The notes beneath the pieces were generated by a model that saw nothing but the letters and a program-made list of their open reading frames with translations, searched no databases and was not told the DNA's origin. A DNA stretch of 64,000 bases from Thermoanaerobaculia bacterium. Its GTDB lineage: Bacteria; Acidobacteriota; Thermoanaerobaculia; Multivoradales; JAIOJS01. Positions 63,221 through 64,000 of this stretch are shown one piece after another. The position numbers and the translations under genes were made by a program. The stretch lies in the NCBI GenBank assembly GCA_036005845.1, contig DASYQD010000018.1, forward strand, positions 13,333 to 77,332, written 5' to 3'. Position 1 is the first letter of the stretch; each line of letters opens with the position of its first letter.

Positions 63221-64000
<780 letters not shown>

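Overview
High-GC (~70%) bacterial chromosomal segment dominated by aerobic respiratory-chain genes.

Minus strand, 9.8-22.6 kb: a 13-gene, tightly overlapped operon. It encodes a complete alternative complex III (actA pentahaem c, actB Mo-bisPGD-like/FeS, actC, actD, actE monohaem c, actF, a small TM protein), then SCO1/SenC, then a caa3-type cytochrome c oxidase (CoxB with C-terminal haem-c domain, CoxA, CoxC, CoxD/IV). The operon is divergent from haem O synthase ctaB.

Minus strand, 0.6-8.0 kb: a second oxidase operon. Paralogues of only the membrane subunits ActC/ActD/ActF precede an aa3-type oxidase (CoxA, CoxC, CoxIV, two small TM proteins, CoxB without haem c). A PAS sensor kinase fragment lies at the window edge.

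Other recognisable genes: radical SAM/SPASM enzyme, orphan HicB, vapBC, a second SCO1 with a DUF420 (CtaM-like) protein, XdhC-family protein, envelope glycosylation genes (YfhO, GT-C-like, methyltransferase, ArnT-like with divergent PAP2), pilT-pilC-pilS-pilR, a monohaem cytochrome c with terminator, ABC exporter, DinB/YfiT-like, VOC, msrA, Fpg/Nei, PilZ, and CIRCE-groES-groEL.

Two low-GC accessory islands are the most unusual parts.

Island 1 (about 23.7-28.6 kb) sits at the 3' end of ctaB and is flanked by ~80 bp imperfect direct repeats of the ctaB 3' end. It carries a MobC-like RHH gene, a divergent pair of uncharacterised operons with a near-leaderless sigma70 promoter and operator-like repeats, an XRE-HTH/ImmA-IrrE-like fusion, and a frameshifted RibD_C/DHFR-family pseudogene.

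Island 2 (about 46.6-50.3 kb) carries two RelA/SpoT (RSH) synthetase-domain proteins, one fused to an HEXXH metallopeptidase-like domain. It also carries a 2-TM protein and a small ORF, and has an upstream 20-bp tandem repeat and a degraded peroxiredoxin pseudogene.

No tRNA, rRNA, CRISPR array, transposase or integrase was recognised. All similarity calls rest on motif and pattern recognition by eye, not on database searches.
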